Shown here in pieces: positions 49,075 through 60,014 of a DNA stretch of 64,000 nt. Position 1 is the stretch's first letter, and every line of letters starts with the position of its first letter. The notes under the pieces are model-generated. The model had not been told where the DNA came from, made no database searches, and saw nothing but the letters and a program-made list of their open reading frames with translations. The stretch is from assembly GCA_973895155.1 (NCBI GenBank), contig OZ316898.1, forward strand, positions 15,654,330 through 15,718,329, read 5' to 3'. This DNA is from Marsupella aquatica. Taxonomy: Eukaryota; Plantae; Marchantiophyta. The position numbers and the translations under genes are program-made.

Positions 49075-50542
49075 TGTCGTATAGTGCTAAGTATCAAAAG
49101 TGACTCTTCTCACCTAAAACCAGGGTTTCGATCCCTTTAAGAACAGATTTCAGAATGAATTGTATAACTTTTATCACTCCGAGTGATTTAGAGTCTTGAG
49201 CTCTATGTTGACTTCACTTCTCAATAAAAAAAATCGAATAAACAAACAACAAAGTAACTGAACTTCTGATTTATGAATTAGAGAAGAAATGAGTAAGGAT
49301 TTAGAGACTACAAGCTGCTACTGCCACTCCTTCAGAAAGGATTTGGGCTCAGTATAGACATGAAATCTATCTCATAATTCATCCATCTCACTCTTCAAAA
49401 CACAAAGGTTAATGATAATGGAATTCTCAATCTGATGAAGCAGAAGCTTTCTGATTGCAAATGAATGATATGATTTAAAATGCCGTCAACATGGTTTGAC
49501 ATCAGCGATACACAATTCAGTCAAACTCTAAACCATATTCCAGAATCAAAGCAACAGTACTAACTACTCTGAGAATCAGAATTTACTTCTCATTTATCAT
49601 TAACTATTCTTGAATTGGCTAGCGAATCCCGACTCTGCAAGCAAGCCTAGCAGTGAATTCAATACGAGTTTCAGAAATCTGCAACTGAATTCAATCACCA
49701 CAGGAATCTCTTGAATTCAATCTTAACTTCAATCAATATAGCTTTACTTCCATACAAAACACTCACAGCATGCCTTGTTACAATGGAAGGAGGAGAAAAC
49801 TATTCAGAAGACTCAATTCTGAATACAGTATTAACTCTATTTCTCTCTACTTCAAATGAGCATTCTACTCTGTCTTATAAGTGCTGGAATCCTAAAATGG
49901 AGGAGGTAAGAACAGTCGTGCCTTTCCAAGCTTAAAACTAAACAAGGGAGAAGCACAGCATAAGTACTTCAACAAGGGTGGTAGAATACTACTTTACTAG
50001 TAATCTACTTCAAAAACTAAGTGTTGAGCGGACGCTGCTAGAAGCGTCGGGAGAATCTGGACGCTGCTAGAAGCGTCTTAAGTAAAACCAACGGACGCTG
50101 CTCACACTGCTCACAGCGTCAATACTAGGGTGGACGCTGCTCACAGCGTCGTGTGTTGAAGCTGACGCTTTCCACAGCGTCGGTCGAAATCCTCATAGAG
50201 TCTTGGTGGCGGTCGGGCGCTGCCAAAAGCGTCATGAGGAGGTTGGACGCTTCCGCAGCGTCTTGAGTAAAAGAAACGGGCGCTGGTCACAGCGTCGGGC
50301 AAAGTACACTAGGAATCGTCAGGAAAGCCGGAGATGTCAAATATTTCTATAAGTGTCCAGAACAAGTAAATGTTGGCCGGAAGGTGTCTAAAGTGTAAGT
50401 AAATCTTGTGATATGCTAAAAATAAACAAGTTTCCAGAAAAAATTGCAGGGACACCCATACCACATAGCCCTCCACTTAAATTTCGCCGTGTCCCCACAA
50501 GACATGACCGAATTGAATCAGAAGCGAGTGACATGTTCTTCA

Positions 50543-51019
50543 TTAATAATATTCTGGCTTAATAATCCAAGTAGTGCTCAAAATCATTGACGGGAGTTGG
50601 GAGATATCCGAATCCAGAATATAAAAATCGAGGTCATGGAATTCTTCTCCGATCTGTATTGGGACTCCTTTAACTCTTCCCCAAAGATTAATGATTCGTC
50701 CATCGATTGATATCTGAGCAGATATCGGTTGTACTTCTTGATGAACAAATTGCTGGCACAATCTGTGGGAGAGGAAATTAATTCGAGAGCCTGGATCAAT
50801 AACAAAGTGTTGAATAGCATGTCCTCCCAGTTTGATCTTGCCTTCAAAGGAATGTTGGAAAGCACGGGGTAAAGAATTCCAACAATCCATAGTAGCTTTG
50901 ATGTCCCACATGAGCAGATAAATATCAATTCGAAGGAGAAAGAAGGAAACAATTGCAGGATGCTGCAAAAGTAACGGCTTATATACATATAAATGACAAC
51001 ACCGTTTGATATCTCTCAT
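50543..51019 (-). CDS. Second, divergent retropepsin-like ORF in Gypsy-B
   Basis: IQHFVIDPGSRINFLS...WGRVKGVPIQIG...LDFYIL...MILSTTW follows the D(T/S)G...ILG.PW retropepsin layout. Confidence 0.6.
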   Translation of the reverse strand: MRDIKRCCHLYVYKPLLLQHPAIVSFFLLRIDIYLLMWDIKATMDCWNSLPRAFQHSFEGKIKLGGHAIQHFVIDPGSRINFLSHRLCQQFVHQEVQPISAQISIDGRIINLWGRVKGVPIQIGEEFHDLDFYILDSDISQLPSMILSTTWIIKPEYY

Positions 51020-51031
51020 AAATGGTGTCCT

Positions 51032-53605
51032 TCAAATCTGTGTCCTAGATAAAACACCTTGAATAATCACATCCGGATAAGAAGGAATAATAGGTAGGAA
51101 CGCTAAACACCTAAGCGACTTGAACCCTTGGGAAGCCGGTAGCATACATTGTTTTGTAATCAACTGCTCCCTTAGCTTAACAAGCTTCTTCTCATATTTA
51201 ATTGGAATAGCAAACCCACCAGGACAAACCCAAACATAGTATGGATAGGGCCATGGAATTTCCGGCACAAGGGGCGGAAATGGAGCTTGAGCTCGTCGAA
51301 GCATATACACCCAACACCAAATTTCGAACTCCGAAAACTTATGTCGTCTGTCCTTATCAATGGGAGGAACCGCCTTCCCAGGTTCATATGTGCGAATCAA
51401 ACTACGAATCCTCGGATGGGATGTCATTGGCAAAATCTGCTGCTGCTGCAAAATGCTCTCCATCTCCAGATGTCGAAAAGCTACTCGAAAATGTTTCTTC
51501 TCCCACCTGTGAATTGAAGCCAAATTAGGGATAGGATTTCGGGGTGGCAAATCCACTGTATGCCGAAGTCGAGGAGGTACTCTGATAATGCGAGGGTCTT
51601 CGTCTTCTTCTCCATCACTTGGTGCTCCTATCCAACGGAAAATTACATCTGGCATAGCGGAAGGAATCACTGACTCCTTAACTGGTCGAATTGGCAATGT
51701 AACAGGAGACGAAGGAGCAGAAGGTTCGGGCTCCAGGGGTTCAAATTCTTCTCTTGCAACAGTAGCTGGTTGATCTGCAGTGGGATGCATTGGTACTAAA
51801 ACAGGAAGTTCTTCTTTAAAATTATCGCTAGGTAAAGAGACTTCCTGGTTAGTTCGATCTGCCAAAAGTACAGGAAGGGGTAGCTCGTCTGTTCCGATAG
51901 GTGCTTCTCCCTGTTCAAAATCCTGGGAAGATGCTTCAGGAAAGATCTGTCGACTGATAGCATGGCGCAACCGTTTCCAAGATTTTCGAGTATACGTCAC
52001 TGAAAACTCCTCCCGAATGTTTTTATCCTCGTTTGTAGCCAATGAAACTGGTGCTGAGCTGGTTGTCGAAGCGGGTGTCTCGGGTACCAATATGGGTACA
52101 GATATACCCATATTACCAGATACCTGATTGCGACTCGGAAAACCAGCAGAGCCTCCTTCAATCAACTCATCTTCAGGAGAAACCCATTTTACAGGCGGAA
52201 ATGAAGGAGCTCCTATCGCGGCTATTGCCTCATCTAATTCCTTAGTTATATCCAAAGGAATCGATATGAGTGAACCAGGTGTAGACCAGGCAGGGTATCT
52301 TGCGACAGATTGGGGAGAAGTCACTGGTTCACCTACTTCGTCTATATCCACAATTGCATCCTCCGAATCAACTTTAACCAGCTTCACAATTTCTGAGCTT
52401 AATATTTCTGACTCCTGGACCAGAGGGATTTCACCTATATTTGGGCTAGAACTAAGAGAGTCGGACGAATCATACTCCTGTAAAGCCTGCAAAGCATCAC
52501 TATTTGCCTCTATGGGAACCAAAACAGGGGTAGAAGTAAATCCATCATACTCGTCCTCAGCAGTAGAATGTTGAAGAGGTTCCCCTGAAAAACCTTCTTC
52601 ATCCACCCTCACCTCATCTTCAACATTCATCCGAGAAGCAGAATTATCCTGATCAACATCATAAATAGGCTCGGCAGCACAAGGTGAACACGAGAGTCGA
52701 GGTGACATAGAATGCTCCAACCCTGTTGGCATTGCTGAAGGAACATCTTCGGCAACTTGAGCCTCTCTTGGTTGGTGAAGAATCGGATCGTCACTCCCTT
52801 CAGCTGATGCTCTTGTCTCTTTCAATTTCCGAACTTCACCCACCAGTTCAGGTTCCTCACAGTCGAGTATTGCACATAGCTCTACCACTGTGGAATTGGC
52901 TCGGACTTCTCGTACTTCAGGCATATAATTTGCTTCACCGGTAGATGCTCTCTGATTGTTGCGATAAAAATCTTTTTCCAAGACAAGCAGACAGTCATAC
53001 TTATGGTAAATGTGAGCTAAATAAGGGGCCAAGTAGGTACACCTTATTTTCCCCGTTTTCAGCCTGCTACGAAAATTTTTGACCTGAGTATGAATTACTC
53101 GGTGCAAAACCTTCGTCCAATTGATAGACTGCGTCTGTTCTAATGAACAGATCACCGTTGCAGCGAACGAAAGAGTGATGCGCGTCTGGCTTTCTGGGTA
53201 GAAAATTGGTGCCAGAAATCGAAATAGACGCTGCAGAGAATTATCTAAGCAGTCCGCCGCTAGCCATCCATTCCGCCTCTTGAAAGATCCTGGAGCGAAG
53301 AAGGATTCTACATAAACCCGAGGCTCACAATCAACCCTCTGTAAATCCTCGCCCTCCATCGGCGTCGAATAGACCTTCGCTATGAGCGCTTCAGTCCAAA
53401 CACTGGGACGCGAGCGCACACCAATCCTTTCTTCAGCGTCCCAGACACCTTGATCGATAAGGCTGAATTGGCAAATCTTCCAAGGAAGTTGAAGCAGCTT
53501 CTTCAAGCCCATTTTTGCCAGAGCCGTCTTCAACTGCCGCCTATGCACTGCATTCGATGGAATGTCTGCGAGTATTGGTCGCGTCGTCAGCTCAGTCTCC
53601 GCCAT
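51032..53605 (-). CDS. Gypsy-B accessory ORF (857 aa), PMD-like N-terminal domain plus disordered region
   Basis: Intact ORF between integrase and PPT; GLKKLLQLPW...WTEALIAKVY...NGWLAADC...FLAPIFYP...INW...YLAPYLAHIY. Confidence 0.8.
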   Translation of the reverse strand: MAETELTTRPILADIPSNAVHRRQLKTALAKMGLKKLLQLPWKICQFSLIDQGVWDAEERIGVRSRPSVWTEALIAKVYSTPMEGEDLQRVDCEPRVYVESFFAPGSFKRRNGWLAADCLDNSLQRLFRFLAPIFYPESQTRITLSFAATVICSLEQTQSINWTKVLHRVIHTQVKNFRSRLKTGKIRCTYLAPYLAHIYHKYDCLLVLEKDFYRNNQRASTGEANYMPEVREVRANSTVVELCAILDCEEPELVGEVRKLKETRASAEGSDDPILHQPREAQVAEDVPSAMPTGLEHSMSPRLSCSPCAAEPIYDVDQDNSASRMNVEDEVRVDEEGFSGEPLQHSTAEDEYDGFTSTPVLVPIEANSDALQALQEYDSSDSLSSSPNIGEIPLVQESEILSSEIVKLVKVDSEDAIVDIDEVGEPVTSPQSVARYPAWSTPGSLISIPLDITKELDEAIAAIGAPSFPPVKWVSPEDELIEGGSAGFPSRNQVSGNMGISVPILVPETPASTTSSAPVSLATNEDKNIREEFSVTYTRKSWKRLRHAISRQIFPEASSQDFEQGEAPIGTDELPLPVLLADRTNQEVSLPSDNFKEELPVLVPMHPTADQPATVAREEFEPLEPEPSAPSSPVTLPIRPVKESVIPSAMPDVIFRWIGAPSDGEEDEDPRIIRVPPRLRHTVDLPPRNPIPNLASIHRWEKKHFRVAFRHLEMESILQQQQILPMTSHPRIRSLIRTYEPGKAVPPIDKDRRHKFSEFEIWCWVYMLRRAQAPFPPLVPEIPWPYPYYVWVCPGGFAIPIKYEKKLVKLREQLITKQCMLPASQGFKSLRCLAFLPIIPSYPDVIIQGVLSRTQI

Positions 53606-53988
53606 CGCGTGACTTGTTAGCTCCGTAAGCTCAGTGAGAATCGTGTTCCATAGTGAACTAGGGCGAAGCGCGACTGCTTACTCCTCAGCGTCCCGTTGAG
53701 CTGTCGCAATCCGCCATTGTACAAGACGCCTAGTCATCGGCTCACAGCGTCTCATGCAACTGAACTAATACAAAAGCGGACCTCTGCACAACGTCCTTTG
53801 TAAACTAAGTGGACGCTTCCCCAGCGTCGAGTTACAATGGATGCTTTTCACAGCGTCCAATGTAAAAACTGAAAGTAACTAAAAAAAATAAAAAAAATAT
53901 GCCGAATACTTACTAGGGAGGGTCACTAATTCTAACTAAGTATAACTACCGCCCTCCACTTAAATTGCAACCTGTTCCAGGTGGAATT

Positions 53989-56961
53989 CTAAATGGAAGA
54001 CTCATAGTACCGTTTAATCCTAAACCCATTGATTCTAGTGTTAAGTGGGTGACCATCTAAGGTAGTCAATGAAACTGAACCATTATCCCAGATGTGTGTA
54101 ACTCGGTAAGGACCAATCCAATGAGTATGAAGTTTCCCAGGAAATAGCATATAACGAGAATCAAAGACTAATGCTAAATCACCAACATCTAACTGCACTA
54201 CGCGCAGCTTCTTATCATAAGCAAGTTTACGCTGGTTCTGAATGGTGACTGTATGGTCTAATGCTAAAAGTCTAACTTCTTCTAATTTAACAATATTGGA
54301 AAACCGATGTGAGAGACTATCTGAAGGAGAGAGTCGGTGTGGTACCAAGATACGTTCCGTTGGTAACGAAAATTCTATTGGAATAATACTATTCAGGCCA
54401 TAGGTCAGATAGAAGGGGGTGTGAAGAGTTGTAATCTTCTCAGCGGTGCGGTAAGCCCATAATGCAGAATGGAGCTTCACATCCCAATCTGTCTTGTGAG
54501 ATTCTACCATTTTATTCAGAATCTTGCCCATAATGCCATTAGCTCTCTCGGTTAAGCCATTAGCTCGGGGGTTGTAAGGAGTAGTTTTGCGATGCTTGAT
54601 AAGATAAAGGTCAGTGATTAACTCAATAGTTGAGTTAAGAAAATGCAAACCCCTATCGCTTACCAACTCCAAAGGACAACCAAACCGGGTGATAATGTGC
54701 TCAAAGAGAAATGCAGCTGCGGTTATAGCATCATTCTTGCGAGTAGCTTTCGCCTCTACCCATTTGGTGGCATAATCAGTGGCCAGAATAATATATTTGC
54801 TTCGGCTTTTCCGAGCTGCTGGAGAAATTGGGCCAATAAAATCAATCCCCCATTTCTCAAATGGTGCCAACGGAAGGATAGGCGTAAGAGGCCATTTGGA
54901 ACTAGCAGTGGGCTTCCCGATCCTTTGACAGGGATCACAGGTCTTAATAAAATTGTAAGTATCTCGATGCATAGTAGGCCACCAGTATCCAGCATCCAAA
55001 ATTTTCTTAACTGTGGTATTCACAGCATAATGCCCACCGGTTTCTCCTGAATGTAAAGCTTCAATTACTTGGGGAAGTTCCCTATCCTCTAGACAACGTC
55101 GTAATTGTTGATCAGGACCTTGTTTAAACAAAGTGCCCCGAATAATGGTATAGGGACCCACCTTATGAGCAAAGACAGCTCGTTCTTCCGCATTAAAGCC
55201 TTCAGGGAACGTTCCATGAAGCAGCATGTGCACAATATTAAAATATCGAGAAGACTCCCCTTCAATGTGCCACAAATGCTCGTCAGGAAATTCATCGGAG
55301 AGATTATGCTGATTCTCCGGACCAGGTAACCGAGATAGGAAGTCTGCATTCTCATGATGTTTGCCAGGTCGGACATGAACTTCATAATCAAATTCTTGGA
55401 GTAGTAAAACCCAGCGGGCTACTCGTCCTGAGAGATCCACTTGGTTAACCAAATATTTTAAGGAATTATGATCAGTGTGAAAAGTAACCTGATACCCCAA
55501 CAAATAGTGACGAAATTTCTTACACGCAAAGACGATGGCCAAAGCTTCCCGTTCAGTGACGGAGTAGTTTTTCTCGGCTGCACTCATTTGGCGGCTGGCA
55601 TAGTAAATTGGATGGTCACGGTTTTCCACATCCTTCTGACTGAGATTAGCTCCAATGCAGAACGCAGAAGAGTCAATGAAGACATGAAACTTCTTAGTCC
55701 AATCTGGGGGTGACAAAATAGGTGCAGAGATTAACCGATCCTTGAGCAACTGGAATGCTTGCTGCCGCTCCTCATTCCATGTATATTCCACATCACTTTT
55801 TAACAGTTGGGTTAAGGGTAAGGCAATATTAGCATGTTTATAAATGAACCGACGATAATACCCCACATGTCCCAGAAAAGCACGAAGCTGCTTTAAATCG
55901 GTCGGTGGTTGCAACTCCATAATTACTCTAACCTTCTCTGTATCAACCTCAATGCCGCGTTGTGAAATAACATGGCCTAACAAAATTCCCTCCTTCATAC
56001 CAATAAAGCACTTTTCTGGATGAAGACACAACTGAGCCTCTCTACACTTCTGAAATGTCTTCTCCAAATGGACGAGGTGTTCAGCCGCTGACCCGTAAAC
56101 ACAAAAGTCGTCAATAAAAATCTCCATGAAATGCCGCAAATATTCTTGAAAAATAATCATCATAATGCGCTGAAAAGTACCCGGGGCATTACACAGCCCA
56201 AAAGGCATCATGGTAAATGCATATGTACCCCAGTCGGTGGTGAACGTAGTCTTGTCGCGATCCTCCTTCCGAATGGACACCTGGTTATAACCAGAGTACC
56301 CATCTAAAAAACTGTATAACTCATGCAAGGCCACTGAATCAAGTACCAGATCAATAAATGGCAAAGGATAATGATCTTTCCGAGTGGCAGCATTCAACTT
56401 CCGGAAGTCTTGACAAACGCGAATTTTCGTTTTACCATCGGGTCCCGGCTTTTTGGGGACAATGACAATTGGTGAGACCCATTCACTACTCAAGACCGGG
56501 TAGATAAATCCAGCAGTCGTGAGCTTGTCCAACTCGTCTTTAACCAGGATGGAATATTTGGGATTCAAACGGTACTGTCTCTGTCGGACAGGTACTGCTC
56601 CTTCCATAAGGTCAATACGATGTTCGCCCAAATGTGGATGGATACCTTTTAAATCAGAATGACTCCAGGCAAAGACATCTTTATACTGGGTTAATAAACT
56701 GATATACTGTTCCCGTAGCTCTCCTTCGATATGCTTACCAATATTCAAAAACTTGCCTGGCTCAATTTCGATTTTCTGACAAGCTTTTGGATCCACAATT
56801 CCATCCGTGAGGTTTGCCGGCTGAAGTCCAAGTTTGGATACTTCTGGTGCAAATGGCTCAAGGGTAGCTGACACTCCCATATCATGGTGTAAATCCCTAT
56901 TAGCCTCAGTATTAGGAGGTTTGTCTGCTGCTGGGCCCACTTCCGATGATGAAGTTAATTG
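53989..56961 (-). CDS. Gypsy-B RT-RNase H-integrase
   Basis: WVSPIVIVPKK; DFRKLN; LDGYSGYNQ; MPFGLCNAP; FIDD; NYSVTERE; TDH; WGIDFIGP; SDRG; ANGLTER; GPY. Confidence 0.97.
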   Translation of the reverse strand, partial: QLTSSSEVGPAADKPPNTEANRDLHHDMGVSATLEPFAPEVSKLGLQPANLTDGIVDPKACQKIEIEPGKFLNIGKHIEGELREQYISLLTQYKDVFAWSHSDLKGIHPHLGEHRIDLMEGAVPVRQRQYRLNPKYSILVKDELDKLTTAGFIYPVLSSEWVSPIVIVPKKPGPDGKTKIRVCQDFRKLNAATRKDHYPLPFIDLVLDSVALHELYSFLDGYSGYNQVSIRKEDRDKTTFTTDWGTYAFTMMPFGLCNAPGTFQRIMMIIFQEYLRHFMEIFIDDFCVYGSAAEHLVHLEKTFQKCREAQLCLHPEKCFIGMKEGILLGHVISQRGIEVDTEKVRVIMELQPPTDLKQLRAFLGHVGYYRRFIYKHANIALPLTQLLKSDVEYTWNEERQQAFQLLKDRLISAPILSPPDWTKKFHVFIDSSAFCIGANLSQKDVENRDHPIYYASRQMSAAEKNYSVTEREALAIVFACKKFRHYLLGYQVTFHTDHNSLKYLVNQVDLSGRVARWVLLLQEFDYEVHVRPGKHHENADFLSRLPGPENQHNLSDEFPDEHLWHIEGESSRYFNIVHMLLHGTFPEGFNAEERAVFAHKVGPYTIIRGTLFKQGPDQQLRRCLEDRELPQVIEALHSGETGGHYAVNTTVKKILDAGYWWPTMHRDTYNFIKTCDPCQRIGKPTASSKWPLTPILPLAPFEKWGIDFIGPISPAARKSRSKYIILATDYATKWVEAKATRKNDAITAAAFLFEHIITRFGCPLELVSDRGLHFLNSTIELITDLYLIKHRKTTPYNPRANGLTERANGIMGKILNKMVESHKTDWDVKLHSALWAYRTAEKITTLHTPFYLTYGLNSIIPIEFSLPTERILVPHRLSPSDSLSHRFSNIVKLEEVRLLALDHTVTIQNQRKLAYDKKLRVVQLDVGDLALVFDSRYMLFPGKLHTHWIGPYRVTHIWDNGSVSLTTLDGHPLNTRINGFRIKRYYESSI

Positions 56962-58960
56962 TCAGGAGGGCCTAGTTGGTTTTATGGGAGCATCAGACAG
57001 ATAAACTTCCAAGTAACGAACTTCCTCCAGTTCAAATTCCAATGGCTGCAGGACTAGCGAAGAGGTCGAAAAATCCGAGGTGTACCCATCATCTGTTTGT
57101 GTTTCTCCAAAATGTGGTTCCGGAACCCAACTAACAGTCACCTTAGGCTTCCCAAATGAAAGCTCTTGAGATTGCCAATTAACCTGAACTTGAGCCTTAT
57201 ACAACCATGGTCGGCCTAACAAAACAGGAAAGCTGGATGGTATTTCCGGATTAATAACCACATAATCCAACAGAAAAGGGACACCAGCAATCAAAGTTTC
57301 TACTTTGGTCAGCTTCCCTATGGGTACCACACGAGACTGATCCGCCATGCGCAAAATCTTGGGAGTGGGCTCAAACTTAGTGAAACCCAAATTAAATGCT
57401 GCTGACTGTGTAATCAGATTAACGCTGGCTCCTCCATCCACAGGAACTCTCCGAATGACACACCCCTGGATTTGAACCTCAATTTCCATCGGTCCTTTGT
57501 CCTCCCACTCTGTTCGTAGCACATCCACAGAAGGTAACTTCTTCTTCCTCCGTTTTCCTGCAAGGAGGCTCCTCAGCTGTCGCCTATAAACCGGATTGTC
57601 CTGTAATAATTCCCCAATGGTGATATGTGCAGGATGATTCTTGACATCTTCAACAATATCATAACCTGGATTTTTCAGTGGCTCTTTAGCTTTGACTACT
57701 ACTGGTGGGTTAGGAGATTGCACTTGCTCCTTAACTAGCTCTTCCAGATGGTCTTTCACTTCCAAAGAGATGTCGGGCAAGAAGTATTTTGGGTCATATC
57801 GGTCATAAGCAGGGTCGTCTTCTTTGTCGAGGCCTTCCTTACATGGCTTGCGCCCTTCATCCTTGGGAGCTTTCGCGACCTTCTGATGCTCGTGCTTCTT
57901 GGTCTCCTTTTTCTTCGAACGAGTAGTTGCGTAAATATTAGTCAGAACTTTATCCCGATTCTGAACTCGATCATTCGGCATACCAACTACTTCAGGTTTC
58001 ACTAAATGACTTACCAAGACATCAGGCACCACCCCGGATACTGGTTGATGAAAAAGTGAATCTGGCTTTAATTCCACCCGATTTACATCCATATGTTGAA
58101 TGAAGCTGCATTGCTCCATCTCTTCAGAATAAACCATCCGAATCTTGGCTTCAGGTCGACTTGCTTCTTTAACTGGCTCTTGAGCAAATCGAACCATCAG
58201 CCTAGGCTTAGCCGGATTCGGGCATTCCACCGGTAAGTGTCCTTCTTTTCCACAGTTCCCACAGACAGGTGTATACCCCACCTCCTGTTTGGGATAAGGG
58301 CACTGGGGTGAATAATGATCAGGTTGGCCACAATTCCAACAAGCCCCTTTTTGACGCGGCATTCCTCGTGGTGGGTATCCTCCCGGGGGTCCCATGGGTG
58401 GTCTTGACGTTGGTTTATTGAAAGTGGGCTTAGGTGGTCCCCAAGTCGGTCTGGAAGCAGGAGGTGGTGGGAAATACTGTCCAGGGGGTGCTGTTTGGAC
58501 GGTATACGCGGGATCGTACTCATACTCCTCAGCCTCTTCTTGACCATCTACATAATTCACCGGGGTTCGTAATGTGGGGCACTCGTTCGGGTAATGGCCC
58601 TGCTGACTGCATCGGGTGCACCATACGTTCATTCTCATGGGAGCAGGCAACCTTCGTACTGGTTTTACCGCGGCGATATTGACATTCAACTTGGACAATT
58701 GGCCAGAGAGTTCTTCCATCATGCGATCCATCTTCTTCTGGTTGGGAACTTTATTATTCCCTTTTACAGAGGATTTCTTCTTTTTAGGAGCAACGGATTC
58801 TGAGTCGGAACTTGAGCTTGAACTATCACTAGTGCTCGAATTTGTACTCTCGTCCTCCTCACTAGTGCTACTTTCACTTGATTCCGTCTCCGAGTCAGAT
58901 TTAGACCTGGACGTTTTCTTCTTCTTTCTTTTGTCTTTCTTCAGGTCCTTCTTAACTCGT
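56962..58960 (-). CDS. Gypsy-B gag C-terminus (three CCHC knuckles) and aspartic protease
   Basis: CTRCSQQGHYPNEC, CWNCGQPDHYSPQC, CGNCGKEGHLPVEC; VPVDGGASVN...LLGRPWL. Ends at a TGA in frame with RT. Confidence 0.9.
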
Positions 58961-60014
58961 TTCTCTCTGAAATCTCCGAGTCTACGTACTTCTGGGCTGC
59001 CTCTTGTACTTCTTCCAAAGTGGTGCCACCTTCTCGTCTCACGTAACGAGCAATCCTGGAGGGTAAACCGTTAATAAACCAGTCCTTGATAGTAGATTTC
59101 GAGGTAGCTGGATTATATTGATCTACCAAATCCAATAATTTGTCGGCATATTTCCTCACAGACCCATGTTTCTTCATGTGCAGATGTGAGATTCGGGCAA
59201 AGGCACGCGCAGCTGCTCCTTCTTCTTTATATTTGGCCAAGAAAGCAGCCTTCAATTTCCCCCAATCCTGCTTGTCCGGAAAACGGTCATACCATTTCTG
59301 AGCACCCTTTTTCATTAGACCACCAAACAGATTGGCTTTTTCAGCGTCTTGACTCTGTCCATTGGATGCAGCTGCAGCTTCAAATTCTTTCAAATACACC
59401 TCTGCATCCTCCTTGGAAGTACCGAAGAACCGGTCGTACCTCACATTATTTCGAGCCATCGTGGTTGGAGCTAGGAGGGTAACGAAAGGAAGAGCTGATC
59501 GGGTAGCAAATGGGTTTGGGCTGCCCAAGCCTGAACTGCTGCTTATCTCACTAGAAGACGAACCACCGGCTTCACTCAGTGGTTCTGGATTATCCAATTG
59601 TGAAAGATCGACAGAATTATCTTGGGCCAGCGATTCTGCAACTGTATTCTCGGGCAAACCCAAATTTCTTCCTTCGGTATGAGATAAGGCCCTCTCAGTG
59701 GTACTATCCACACCAGAGTCAATTTGGTTCACCGAACGTACTGTCTGCTGGCGGAGCTTGGTCTTTTGAGAACCAATAAGTTTTGGACCTGAACGAAGAT
59801 TTACAAACAGGGGTCGGGTCGACGTGGGCCTTTCCAAAGAGCCACTTGCCTCTTGAATAGATCCCACTTGTTTCCACACACTACCCGGTGCAGGTGCTCC
59901 TGGTGACTGGAATTCGGGTAACAATGTGCGAGGGGTCACTACTAATTTTGCAGCATCCGAATTACTGGAGGTCTTGGTAGGTTTTCTTTTATTCGGTGGA
60001 TCTCCCTCAGACAT
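58941..60014 (-). CDS. Gypsy-B gag N-terminus (capsid-like), in a different frame from the downstream gag-protease
   Basis: FFGTSKEDAEVYLKEFE...AQKWY...DWGKLKAAFL...SVRKYA...WFINGLP. Confidence 0.85.
   Translation of the reverse strand: MSEGDPPNKRKPTKTSSNSDAAKLVVTPRTLLPEFQSPGAPAPGSVWKQVGSIQEASGSLERPTSTRPLFVNLRSGPKLIGSQKTKLRQQTVRSVNQIDSGVDSTTERALSHTEGRNLGLPENTVAESLAQDNSVDLSQLDNPEPLSEAGGSSSSEISSSSGLGSPNPFATRSALPFVTLLAPTTMARNNVRYDRFFGTSKEDAEVYLKEFEAAAASNGQSQDAEKANLFGGLMKKGAQKWYDRFPDKQDWGKLKAAFLAKYKEEGAAARAFARISHLHMKKHGSVRKYADKLLDLVDQYNPATSKSTIKDWFINGLPSRIARYVRREGGTTLEEVQEAAQKYVDSEISERNELRRT

Noticed and set aside
49711-49935. Identical 74-aa ORFs at 49711 and 61869
   Set aside because: A by-product of LTR duplication, with a TTG start and no domain features.
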